Under the pieces are notes generated by a model. It worked only from the letters and a program-made list of their open reading frames with translations. It was not told the origin of the DNA and did no database searches. Shown one piece after another: positions 1 through 8,631 of a DNA stretch of 51,629 nucleotides. How positions within the stretch are numbered: position 1 is the first letter of the stretch; the number at the start of each line of letters is the position of its first letter. The DNA comes from Chloroflexota bacterium. Its GTDB lineage: Bacteria; Chloroflexota; UBA11872. The translations under genes were made by a program, and so were the position numbers. The stretch is from positions 1-51,629 of the forward strand of contig JAPPFO010000031.1 of assembly GCA_028875175.1 (NCBI GenBank). Reading direction: 5' to 3'.

Positions 1-1315
1 CGTCAATGAAGTTATCGAGCGACTCGCGGGACTCGGTCTCGGTCGGCTCGATCATCAGGGCTTCGTCCACGATGATCGGAAAGTAGATGGTGGGCGGGTG
101 GATGCCGTAGTCGATGAGCCGCTTGGCGATATCGAGGGTTCGCACACCGAGGCGCCGCTGACGGGTACCGGCCAGGACGACTTCGTGCATGCAGATGCGG
201 TCGTAGGGCAGGTCGTAGTCGTCGGACAGCGAGGCCCGCAGGTAGTTGGCGTTGAGCACGGCGTCGTCGGCGGCCTCGCGCAGACCTTCAGCGCCGAGCG
301 AGCGGATGTAGGTGTAGGCGCGTACCAGGTTGCCGAAGTTGCCGAGGTGGCTATGCACGCGCCCGATGCTGGTGGGCGGCGCTTCCGCCAGTTTGAAGGC
401 GTCGCCGTTTCGAACCACGCGCGGTCCGGGCAGAAACGGTTCGAGATGCGCCTGCACGGCAAGGGCGCCGGCGCCGGGACCACCGCCACCGTGAGGCGTA
501 CTGAACGTCTTATGTAAATTCAGATGCATCACGTCGATGCCCAGGTCGGCCGGTCGGACGCGGCCGAGCATGGCGTTCATGTTGGCGCCGTCGCAGTAGA
601 CCTGCGCACCGGCGGCGTGGACCAGGTCGATCACCTCAAGGATGCGGCGTTCGAACAGGCCGAGGGTGCTCGGGAGCGTGAGCATGATGGCGGCCACGCC
701 CGGGCCGAGGCTCTCCTCCAGGTTCTGAAGGTCAATGCCGCCATCGTCAGCGGTGGGCAGGCTGATGACCTGCAGACCGCTCATAGTTCCAGTGGCGGGG
801 TTGGTGCCGTGGGCCGAGTCGGGAACCAGCACTTGCGTGCGGGTTTCGCCGCGCGACTGGTGCCAGGCCAGGATGCTCAGGAGGCCGCAGAGCTCGCCCT
901 GCGAACCAGCGGCGGGTTGGGTGGAGACGGCCGGAAAGCCGGTGATGGCAGCCAGCAAGGCTTCAAGCTCGTAGATCAACTCCAGGGCGCCCTGGGCCGT
1001 TGCGGGCGGCTGGGCGGGGTGGATATCGGCCAGACCCGGGGTGCGGGCCGTGACTTCGTTGACCTTGGGGTTGTACTTCATGGTGCATGACCCGAGCGGG
1101 TACATGGCGGTATCCACGCTGTGGTTCTTGTGCGAGAGGCGAAGGAAGTGGCGCATGACGTCGATTTCGGAGGCTTCCGGCAGCGGCAGGTCGGACCGGA
1201 CCTGGGAATCGGGTAGGACCGACGACGGGTCGACTGGCTCGAACTGGCGCAGGGGCGGGCGCACGCCGCGGCGGCCGGGGCTCGAAAGGTCGTAAATCAG
1301 GGGCTCTTCGCTCAT
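1..1315 (-). CDS. gcvPB: Glycine dehydrogenase (decarboxylating) subunit 2, 3' part truncated by window edge
   Basis: The minus-strand frame is open to the left edge, so it is absent from the ORF track. ATG at 1315 overlaps the gcvPA stop (ATGA). My translation starts MSEEPLIYDLSSPGRRG. It contains MYPLGSCTMKYNPK, VPDSAHGTNPA and HLNLHKTFSTPHGGGGPG (PLP-lysine region), typical of P-protein subunit 2. Synteny gcvH-gcvPA-gcvPB supports the call. Confidence 0.9.
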   Translation of the reverse strand, partial: MSEEPLIYDLSSPGRRGVRPPLRQFEPVDPSSVLPDSQVRSDLPLPEASEIDVMRHFLRLSHKNHSVDTAMYPLGSCTMKYNPKVNEVTARTPGLADIHPAQPPATAQGALELIYELEALLAAITGFPAVSTQPAAGSQGELCGLLSILAWHQSRGETRTQVLVPDSAHGTNPATGTMSGLQVISLPTADDGGIDLQNLEESLGPGVAAIMLTLPSTLGLFERRILEVIDLVHAAGAQVYCDGANMNAMLGRVRPADLGIDVMHLNLHKTFSTPHGGGGPGAGALAVQAHLEPFLPGPRVVRNGDAFKLAEAPPTSIGRVHSHLGNFGNLVRAYTYIRSLGAEGLREAADDAVLNANYLRASLSDDYDLPYDRICMHEVVLAGTRQRRLGVRTLDIAKRLIDYGIHPPTIYFPIIVDEALMIEPTETESRESLDNFID

Positions 1316-2667
1316 CGGGTACTTGCCCAGGCGGATGCCAGCGCTTTGACGTCGCTGGCGGTCGTGAGCTCAGTGGCCGCCACGAGAATCAGATCATCGA
1401 AGCTGGGAGACACACACCCAAGATCCACGCCGGCGAGTACGTTGCCACCGCTGCGAAGGCGCTCCAGCCGGGCGGCGGCACCCTCGGGCGCGTGGACCAC
1501 GAACTCGTTGAAATAGGGAGCGTCGGTGGCAATCGCGGCGCCGGCGCCGGCCAGGGCCTCAGCCGTCCGATGGGCGGCGGCCAGGGACTGCTCGGCGATT
1601 TCGCGTAGACCGTGACGGCCCAGGGCCGAAAGCGAGATTGTGGCGCCCAGCGTCACAAGGGCCTGGTTGGTGGTGATGTTGGACGTGGCGCGTTCGCGTC
1701 GGATGTGCTGTTCGCGCGTCTGCAAGGTCAGGACGAAGGCGTTCTTGCCGTCCAGGTCCGTCGTCCGACCGGCGATTCGACCCGGAACGCGGCGAATCAA
1801 CTGTGACCGGACAGCGAACATGCCGGCGCCGGGCCCACCATAGGCCGGAGCACCGGCCAGCGAGCGCAGTTCGCCGACCACGATGTCGGCGCCGAGATCG
1901 CCGGGTGGAACCAAGAGACCCAACGAAACCGGATCGCCGACCACGACCACGACGCGGGCGCCATGTTTGCGCGCGGCCTGTATGACCGGGTCAGGGTCGA
2001 CCACCATGCCCAGAAAGTCCGGGCGCTGGATGACCACGCAGCTTGTCTGGTGGTCGATGGCGTCCACGAGCGCTTGTAGATCGGGACGAACGCTCGTTGC
2101 ATCGCGGCGGGCGGCGGATACGACGTGGAGGTTGACATCGAGCGCACTGACATATGTCTCGGCTACAGCTCGATAGGCCGGATGTACGGTGTCGGCGATG
2201 ACGACGCGCGGGCGGCGCGTGAGGCCCCGACACAACAGCACGGCCTCGGCCAGCGCCGAGGCGCCGTCGTACAACGAGGCGTTGGAAACTTCCATGCCGG
2301 TGAGGTCGCAAACCAGCGACTGGAACTCGTACATGGCCTGCAAGGTGCCCTGCGCCATTTCCGGCTGATAGGGGGTGTAGGCCGTGTACCACTCCGAGCG
2401 CAGCAACTGCTGGTCAACCAGCGCGGGGACGAAGTGGCGGTAGAACCCGGCGCCGAGAAATGAGGGCAGGTCGCTGGACGTTGCGTTGCGCGCGCCGAGG
2501 TCGCCCAGATGTCGAATGACGTCGGTCTCGGGAAGCGCCGGCGGCAAGTCCAACTCCGGGTCGCGGTGGCGGACCGGAATGTCGACAAAGAGGTCGTCTA
2601 TGGACTCGACACCGACCGTGCGCAGCATGGCCGCCCGGTCGGCGTCGGTGTTAGGCGCGTAGCTCAT
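1312..2667 (-). CDS. gcvPA: Glycine dehydrogenase (decarboxylating) subunit 1
   Basis: 451-aa ORF. Motifs FLGAGFYRHFVPA and YTPYQPEMAQGTLQAMYEFQ are characteristic of P-protein subunit 1. It overlaps the gcvH stop by 17 nt and the gcvPB start by 4 nt. Confidence 0.93.
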   Translation of the reverse strand: MSYAPNTDADRAAMLRTVGVESIDDLFVDIPVRHRDPELDLPPALPETDVIRHLGDLGARNATSSDLPSFLGAGFYRHFVPALVDQQLLRSEWYTAYTPYQPEMAQGTLQAMYEFQSLVCDLTGMEVSNASLYDGASALAEAVLLCRGLTRRPRVVIADTVHPAYRAVAETYVSALDVNLHVVSAARRDATSVRPDLQALVDAIDHQTSCVVIQRPDFLGMVVDPDPVIQAARKHGARVVVVVGDPVSLGLLVPPGDLGADIVVGELRSLAGAPAYGGPGAGMFAVRSQLIRRVPGRIAGRTTDLDGKNAFVLTLQTREQHIRRERATSNITTNQALVTLGATISLSALGRHGLREIAEQSLAAAHRTAEALAGAGAAIATDAPYFNEFVVHAPEGAAARLERLRSGGNVLAGVDLGCVSPSFDDLILVAATELTTASDVKALASAWASTR

Positions 2668-3037
2668 TCACCAGCTGTTCGTACGCCTGCGCATCGAGCA
2701 GCGTGTCGCGCTCGCTCGGATCGCTCGCGGCCAGCCGGATCATCCAGCCGGCGGCGTAGGGATCTTCGTTGATGAGTTCGGGCTGTGCCTCAAGTTCCTC
2801 GTTGACCTCGAGAATCTCGCCTGACATTGGGACGTAGAGGGGCGAGACGGCCTTGACCGACTCGACCGTTCCAAACTCGTCACCCGCGGCGAAGCTGTCG
2901 CCCGGCGTCGGCAGCTCGACGTAGACGACATCCCCCAACTCTTCCTGCGCGTAGGCCGTGATGCCGACGACCAGCTGGTCGCCGTCGTCGCGCACCCACT
3001 CGTGTTCGCGGGTGTAGCCAAGGTCGTCTGGGTACAT
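2651..3037 (-). CDS. gcvH: Glycine cleavage system H protein (lipoyl carrier)
   Basis: 128-aa ORF with YTREHEWV, GITAYAQEELGDVVYVELP and the lipoyl-lysine motif VESVKAVS. Confidence 0.95.
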   Translation of the reverse strand: MYPDDLGYTREHEWVRDDGDQLVVGITAYAQEELGDVVYVELPTPGDSFAAGDEFGTVESVKAVSPLYVPMSGEILEVNEELEAQPELINEDPYAAGWMIRLAASDPSERDTLLDAQAYEQLVNELRA

Positions 3038-3087
3038 GAACTCACCGGGCCAAGCAATTAGGGCTAAGGTCTAGAATATCGCAGCGC

Positions 3088-4371
3088 ATGGCGGCCACAG
3101 ATCAAATCCATCTCTCATCGGTGAATGTCCATGTGCATGTGGCATTCATGCGAGAGGGTGAGCCCGGGTCAGTTGATGGTGTGGTCCTGACATCCACCGA
3201 TCCGATGGTTTCCTGGGTGTCCATCCGCGCCGCCCCACGTGCGGTTCAACTGCCATCGCCGCCGGCGGCCGATGCCTGGACCGGCGCTTTGGAGAACCTT
3301 TACGGCACGCGCCCGCTCTACCTGGCGCCCGGGTATGGACCAGACGACGATCCGGGTGTCGGGGTGCTTCAGGAACTGGCAGACCGCGGAATCATTGGCC
3401 TGACCGTCGGTCCGGAATGTGCGCCAGCTATTGAGGGCCCCACCGTCATGGGTCCGGCCGGCGGGGACTGGCGGCCCGCGGCGGGGATTCAGTCCGTGGT
3501 GCGGGGTATTGCCGATGATTGCGAGCTGAAGACGTGGAGGAAGCGGCTGCGGGCAGCGTACGGGCCGGACGCGGCTGTTGAAGTCAAGCCGTGGTCCTGC
3601 TCAAGCTGGCGAGGCGACGGCCCAGCCAGTCCCATGCCGTATCCGATGTCGATGCGCGCTTTGCCCACGGAGCAATCGAGACTTCGCGACACAAACACAC
3701 TGCTGGACATCTTTCAGCAACTGCGCGGGCCGGACGGCTGCCCGTGGGACAAGCAGCAGACCCACCGAACGCTTCGTCCCTACCTCGCGGAAGAAGCGCA
3801 CGAGGCCCTGGCCGCGATTGAACGAGACGACGACATCGCAATGGCGGACGAGTTTGGCGACGTGCTGGCGAACCTCGTCCTGCACGCGGAGATTGCCCGG
3901 CAGCGCGGCGGGTTTGCCTGGCCGGACGTGGTTGCGGCCATTGGCGCGAAGATGATTCGACGGCATCCCCATGTCTTCGGCGACGCGCAGTTTGAATCCC
4001 TGGACGACCTGAGTCTGACATGGGCCCAAATCAAGGCTGACGAACACAACGGAGATACCGGTCCATTTGACGGCCTGCCGGACTCAATGCCCAGCCTGAC
4101 GTTTGCGAGATCGGCCGTGCGCGCGCTGCGCCGGGCCGGAGAGCCACTGGACGAGGCCGGCCTGGAAACAGCGACACTGGCCGCGCTGTCGTCCGGGAAC
4201 GACGCAGAACGATTGGGCGACGCTCTCCTATGGGTCGCCGCGCGCGCCGACGCGGCAAACGTTGACCCTGATATGGCGCTGCGGGACGCGAATGCGCGGC
4301 TGAAACAACGGCTCGAGGAGGCCGACGGTCGCAGCCAGACCATGCACCGCAACCGGGAACGCCAGGACTGA
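3088..4371 (+). CDS. mazG: YabN/MazG-family nucleoside triphosphate pyrophosphohydrolase with divergent N-terminal domain
   Basis: 427-aa ORF starting at ATG 3088. The central part has the MazG signature LRGPDGCPWDKQQTH, EEAHEALAAIE...EFGDVLANLVLHAEIA (EXXE...EXXD) and MIRRHPHVF. It is followed by a second, degenerate MazG-like repeat (ERLGDALLWVAARAD...ANARLKQR). The N-terminal ~200 aa only weakly resemble the methylase-like domain of Bacillus YabN. Confidence 0.8.
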   Translation: MAATDQIHLSSVNVHVHVAFMREGEPGSVDGVVLTSTDPMVSWVSIRAAPRAVQLPSPPAADAWTGALENLYGTRPLYLAPGYGPDDDPGVGVLQELADRGIIGLTVGPECAPAIEGPTVMGPAGGDWRPAAGIQSVVRGIADDCELKTWRKRLRAAYGPDAAVEVKPWSCSSWRGDGPASPMPYPMSMRALPTEQSRLRDTNTLLDIFQQLRGPDGCPWDKQQTHRTLRPYLAEEAHEALAAIERDDDIAMADEFGDVLANLVLHAEIARQRGGFAWPDVVAAIGAKMIRRHPHVFGDAQFESLDDLSLTWAQIKADEHNGDTGPFDGLPDSMPSLTFARSAVRALRRAGEPLDEAGLETATLAALSSGNDAERLGDALLWVAARADAANVDPDMALRDANARLKQRLEEADGRSQTMHRNRERQD

Positions 4372-4394
4372 TCTCGTTTGCTGGAAGGGGAAGG

Positions 4395-5672
4395 CTAATT
4401 CGTTGCGGTGGAGTCGATTCCGTCCAAAACCTCGAGTGCGGCCGCAGCGACATGGAATGCAGACAACAAGTGGTCCGCCGAAATCTCGCCTGGACCGGCT
4501 CGGGTGAGGAAGACGTACGGCACTCCACGAGCGGCGAATATGTCGTGGTCGCCGCGCCCCATGCCGAAGTCACTCGTGACGCGTAGATCGGTCCCGTCAG
4601 CTTCGAGTCGCTGATTTATCAGCGGCGCCAGTTCATCCGACACGCCAAGCTGCAAGGGGCGGGAGCGCCCAGGGCGATCGAATGCAAGCACGGAGTCAAT
4701 CGTCGCGCGCTCGTCGTCTGAAAGGTGCGCCAGGTACCAGCGACTGCCAACGTAGCCGCGATGGGTGCCGTCGAACGCGACAAAGGTGATCGAATGCCGG
4801 GCGCCCACCTCATCAGCGTGGCGGGCCAGGGCAAGCAGGAGCGCAAGTCCGTCGGCGTTGCCACCGTTGGAGTAGTCGCCCAGCGGAGCATCAGCGGGCG
4901 TGGCGACGACGATCTGACGCCGTAACGGTCCCGCCCGATGCCCGATCACATTGGCGCCCTCGAAGGACCGCTGCGGCGGCGAGACATCCACCATGGCCTG
5001 CGGCTCGCCGCGCTCCAGGCGCTCGACCAGGTCCTCGCCCGCCTCCTCAGTCACGGAGACCACGGGGATGCCCGAAGGTTGGCTGAGCGTGCCGTAGAGC
5101 CATCCCGGCCTGTTGTTGTAGACGATGACCGCCGCAGCACCGGCGTCTTCCAATAGCCGGCCGATGACTCGAAAGGGCGTAACACCCCGAGCAATCAGCA
5201 CCACGGCTCCGTCGTAGTCCGAGCCGCGCAGCACGCCCTCGTCGTTGACGTCGGCCTGCCGCAACGGACCCTCGACGATGCCGACGGCCGAGTAGATCAT
5301 GCCCGCGGCGAGCACAAAGTCGCCGTCCACCCGCAAACTCACGGAGGGCAGACCGCGACCGAGGGCCAGGAATTCTCGACGTTCGGCGTCGAGTCCAAGC
5401 GCATCGATAGACCGAACGAGAGCGTCCCCGAGAGTCGACGACCGGAGTGACGACGTTGCGTCCAGCCGCGCGAGCCTTGCGGCGTCGGCCATCAGGCTCG
5501 CGCGCAACTGTCGGTCGCCGGCTATCGCCTGCGACAAGTCGCCCTGGGGTTCATCGCCGGCCGCAACCACCATCGCCTGGGGCAGGTCGCTTGACTGCAC
5601 CGCGGCGCCGCACGCGGCCGTAGCCATTGCCGCCGCTGCGATGAACGTACGCCGGGACAGACGTCGCACCAT
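4395..5672 (-). CDS. Tat-exported (probable lipo)protein with PA domain and M28-peptidase-like domain, catalytic residues apparently degenerate
   Basis: ORF 4395-5711 begins at TTG. I prefer the internal ATG at 5672, giving MVRRLSRRTFIAAAAMATAAC (twin-arginine SRRxF motif, hydrophobic core, Cys). M28-like blocks are NVIGHRAG, GGNADGLALLLALAR, ITFVAFDGTHRGYVGS and GDHDIFAARGVPYVFL. A PA-like insert (GAVVLIARG...AAAVIVYNN) precedes them. Confidence 0.6.
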   Translation of the reverse strand: MVRRLSRRTFIAAAAMATAACGAAVQSSDLPQAMVVAAGDEPQGDLSQAIAGDRQLRASLMADAARLARLDATSSLRSSTLGDALVRSIDALGLDAERREFLALGRGLPSVSLRVDGDFVLAAGMIYSAVGIVEGPLRQADVNDEGVLRGSDYDGAVVLIARGVTPFRVIGRLLEDAGAAAVIVYNNRPGWLYGTLSQPSGIPVVSVTEEAGEDLVERLERGEPQAMVDVSPPQRSFEGANVIGHRAGPLRRQIVVATPADAPLGDYSNGGNADGLALLLALARHADEVGARHSITFVAFDGTHRGYVGSRWYLAHLSDDERATIDSVLAFDRPGRSRPLQLGVSDELAPLINQRLEADGTDLRVTSDFGMGRGDHDIFAARGVPYVFLTRAGPGEISADHLLSAFHVAAAALEVLDGIDSTATN

Positions 5673-5741
5673 GAGCGATTCTATTCGGGCGTAACCGGGC
5701 GTCTGTGACAATCAGACCAGACGACGCCCCCAGGACCGTGT

Positions 5742-6647
5742 GTGGCTAACGCGAATCGGACATTGACCGCGCTGCCGGGCATTCGCGTGGGTCACTGGAC
5801 ACATGCGGCGGCCGGGACCGGATGCACGGTCGTGCTTTTCGACCGAGCCGTAGCAGCCGCCGTGGATGTTCGCGGATCGGCCCCGGGGACCCGAGAGACG
5901 GACGCGCTGCATCCCGGCGGGCTGGTTGGGCAGGCCGACGCGATTCTCTTGACCGGCGGCAGCGCGTACGGACTGGCCGCGGCCGACGGGGTGATGCGCT
6001 ACCTGGAAGTCCGGGGTCGCGGGTTCCCTACGATCGCCGGGCCCGTGCCCATCGTGCCGGGGGCCGTGGTTTATGACCTGTCGGTCGGCGATCCGTCAAT
6101 CCGCCCCGATGCTGCCGCGGGCGAGGCGGCTGCCAATGCGGCATCCACGGACCCTGTGCCACAGGGCAACGTGGGCGCGGGAACCGGCGCCATTATTGGT
6201 TTCGGCAATGGCCGAATGAAGGGCGGCCTTGGCAGCGCTCTGATTCACAGTGGTGATGTCACGGCAGGCGCCCTGGTGGTCGTGAACCCGGCAGGCGCCG
6301 TCCATGACCCCGGCACCGGCGGCCCATTGGCTGTGGCTTCGGGCAGCACCGGTTCGGGATTCGGCCAGAACACCACGATCGGCGTGGTGGCCGTGAACGC
6401 CGCCCTGGAGCGCTGGCAGCTGCGGAAAGTCGCCGAAATGTCGCACGACGGTCTGGCGCGAGCCGTGCGACCGGCACACGGCATGCACGATGGCGACACG
6501 ATCTTTGCCGTGTCGGTGGGCGCCGGAACCGAGAATGTCGATCTCACAACGGTTGGCCACGCCGCTGCCGAGGCGTTCTCGGCCGCAGTCGTGCAAGGCG
6601 CGCTACGGGCGCGGCCCGCGTACGGACTGCCGGCGGCCCAAGGATGA
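5742..6647 (+). CDS. P1/S58-family peptidase (DmpA / L-aminopeptidase-D-esterase-like)
   Basis: 301-aa ORF starting at GTG. Matching blocks are LPGIRVGHWT, GTGCTVVL, VDVRGSAPGTRETD, ILLTGGSAYGLAAADGV, GAGTGA, the self-processing region QNTTIGVVAVNA and HDGDTIFAVS. Confidence 0.8.
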   Translation: MANANRTLTALPGIRVGHWTHAAAGTGCTVVLFDRAVAAAVDVRGSAPGTRETDALHPGGLVGQADAILLTGGSAYGLAAADGVMRYLEVRGRGFPTIAGPVPIVPGAVVYDLSVGDPSIRPDAAAGEAAANAASTDPVPQGNVGAGTGAIIGFGNGRMKGGLGSALIHSGDVTAGALVVVNPAGAVHDPGTGGPLAVASGSTGSGFGQNTTIGVVAVNAALERWQLRKVAEMSHDGLARAVRPAHGMHDGDTIFAVSVGAGTENVDLTTVGHAAAEAFSAAVVQGALRARPAYGLPAAQG

Positions 6648-7411
6648 GACGCCTGGTCGCGTTGTTGACCGATTTCGGCACCGATGACCCCTACGCCGGG
6701 CAAACGGCCGCGGTTGTCGCCGCGGCGACAGATGCGCGGATCATCAGCCTGACGCACGGCGTTCCTGCGCATCACGTTTCGCTCGGCGCGTGCATCGTCG
6801 ACGCCTCGCTTGAGCTTCTGCCCCCAGGCAGCGTGCTGCTGGCGGTGGTCGATCCAGGTGTCGGAACTGCAAGGCGCGGACTAATCGTGCGTCGCGACGG
6901 CCGCTGGCTGGTCGGACCCGACAACGGCTTGTTGACGCCCACGCAGGGTGACATTGAGTGCTGGTGCGTTGACCGACCGGAGGCCTGGCGGGACTCAGTT
7001 GCGCCGACGTTTCACGCGCGCGACATCTTTGCGCCCGTCGCCGCACGCCTGGCGAACTACGAACGCCCCGACTGGCTCGGCTCGCTCGTCCAGGATCCGG
7101 TACGCGTCGACCGGCCATCCGCGTGCATTGATGGACCGAAGATCAGAGGCGAAGTTATCCACGTTGACGCGTTTGGAAACCTGATCACAAACATACGGGC
7201 CGAGTTGGTGCAGACTGCCCACATGCTCCAAGCACAAGTCGGCGACGCGCGCATCAGAGGCCTGGCCACGACCTATGGCACGGGGCGTGAGCCCGTCGCC
7301 TTGATTGGAAGCTGGAACCTGCTGGAGATTGCGGTGCCGGGCGGCTCGGCCGCCCAGAGGCTTGGCTATCGCATTGGCGACGCAGTGACGGTGGAGCGTG
7401 CCGATGCCTAA
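6644..7411 (+). CDS. SAM hydrolase / S-adenosyl-L-methionine hydroxide adenosyltransferase family protein (DUF62)
   Basis: 255-aa ORF whose ATG overlaps the upstream stop (ATGA). It has LLTDFGTDDPYAGQ, VVDPGVGTARRGL, GPDNGLL and FHARDIFAPVAARLA. This is the Asp/Arg/His pattern I associate with hydroxide adenosyltransferases rather than halogenases. Confidence 0.85.
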   Translation: MRRLVALLTDFGTDDPYAGQTAAVVAAATDARIISLTHGVPAHHVSLGACIVDASLELLPPGSVLLAVVDPGVGTARRGLIVRRDGRWLVGPDNGLLTPTQGDIECWCVDRPEAWRDSVAPTFHARDIFAPVAARLANYERPDWLGSLVQDPVRVDRPSACIDGPKIRGEVIHVDAFGNLITNIRAELVQTAHMLQAQVGDARIRGLATTYGTGREPVALIGSWNLLEIAVPGGSAAQRLGYRIGDAVTVERADA

Positions 7412-7523
7412 GCCTGACCTGTTGGCGCCTGCAGCCATCCGGCGAACTTGCACGAGGCGGGCCGTAGCGATCCCTTCAGCGCCACGCCGCGGCATCGCCG
7501 GCTAGGGGAATCGGAGCAACCGA

Positions 7524-8153
7524 ATGCTGCTTCGCCTGGCCCAGGATCCAGAGCTCTTTCTCATCGTCGCCTTCGCGTTCGTCATTGCGATCACCCTGCA
7601 CGAGGCCAGCCACGCGCTGGTGGCAACCTGGCTCGGGGATGACCTGCCACGGCTCCAGGGGCGGGTGACCCTGAACCCGCTGAAGCACCTGGATTTCCTC
7701 GGCACGGTCATGATCCTCATCGCCTCGTTCGGCTGGGGGCGCCCGGTGCTGGTGAATCCCTACCGACTGCGGTTCGGATCGCATCGCGGGATGGCCCTGG
7801 TCGCCGCCGCCGGACCGGCATCGAATGTGGCGCTGGCCCTGGTGCTCGCGCCGGTCGCCCGCGAGCTTGCGTCGAGCTCCGGGACGGATCTGATCACCGT
7901 GGCGGTGGTGCTGATCATTCAACTCAACCTTTTCCTGGCCGCATTCAACCTGATCCCGCTGCCGCCGCTGGATGGCTTCAGCGTGCTGATCGGCCTGGTC
8001 CCGCGCGAGACGGCCATTCGGCTGGACGGGCTGCGCAGATTCGGACCCGGACTCCTGATTGGACTCTTTCTGTTGATCGCCATCGTGCCCGGGGCCACCG
8101 GTATCATCAGCGGCCCGGTGCTTGGGGCCACGAGGCTGCTCCTTGGAGGTTAG
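7524..8153 (+). CDS. Site-2 protease family (peptidase M50) membrane protein
   Basis: 209-aa hydrophobic ORF with the HExxH motif LHEASHALV and the second metal-ligand motif NLIPLPPLDG. Confidence 0.8.
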   Translation: MLLRLAQDPELFLIVAFAFVIAITLHEASHALVATWLGDDLPRLQGRVTLNPLKHLDFLGTVMILIASFGWGRPVLVNPYRLRFGSHRGMALVAAAGPASNVALALVLAPVARELASSSGTDLITVAVVLIIQLNLFLAAFNLIPLPPLDGFSVLIGLVPRETAIRLDGLRRFGPGLLIGLFLLIAIVPGATGIISGPVLGATRLLLGG

Positions 8154-8631
8154 CTACCGGCTTCGGCAGGCACTGGCGTTATTTGATCCACGTGTTCCGG
8201 CAAGCTCACGCGACCAGGCCATGCAGCGGTTGAACGAGGATGAGCGGACGCTGTTCCAGCGCTTGTCTCCTGCCGATCAACGCCATGCGCTCGCCGTGTA
8301 TGGGGCGGCTCAAGAGGCCTGGCCGAACGACGACGCCCTGCAGGTAGCTGCGCTACTTCACGACGTCGGGAAGGGCCGGCCGGGATTGGCGGACCGTACC
8401 GGTCTGACGCTTGCCAAAGCCCTGGCGCCATGGTTGCTGTTGCGCTGGCAACTCCGTCCAGCCACGTCACGGCGGGGACGAATCGCCCGCCTGGTTGGCG
8501 ACACTGAAGCCAGCGCGCGTCTGGCGGAACTGGCCGGATCGCCCCCTGACGTGGTGGAGACGCTTCGTTGCTACGGCTTTCGCGAACACGAACGCGGACG
8601 ACGGCTGGCCGAACTGGATGCCGGGCTGTGA
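8122..8631 (+). CDS. HD-domain protein (predicted metal-dependent phosphohydrolase)
   Basis: 169-aa ORF with H...HD signature (DQRHALAV ... AALLHDVGKG). The start is uncertain. TTG 8122 overlaps the M50 gene by 32 nt, and the next in-frame ATG is at 8221. Confidence 0.65.
   Translation: MGPRGCSLEVSYRLRQALALFDPRVPASSRDQAMQRLNEDERTLFQRLSPADQRHALAVYGAAQEAWPNDDALQVAALLHDVGKGRPGLADRTGLTLAKALAPWLLLRWQLRPATSRRGRIARLVGDTEASARLAELAGSPPDVVETLRCYGFREHERGRRLAELDAGL

Noticed and set aside
3038-3087. Expected a glycine riboswitch upstream of the gcv operon.
   Set aside because: Only 50 bp separate gcvH from the divergent gene, which is too short for even a single glycine aptamer. I see no conserved aptamer core. 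gcvT is also not adjacent, so the riboswitch, if any, is probably at another locus.
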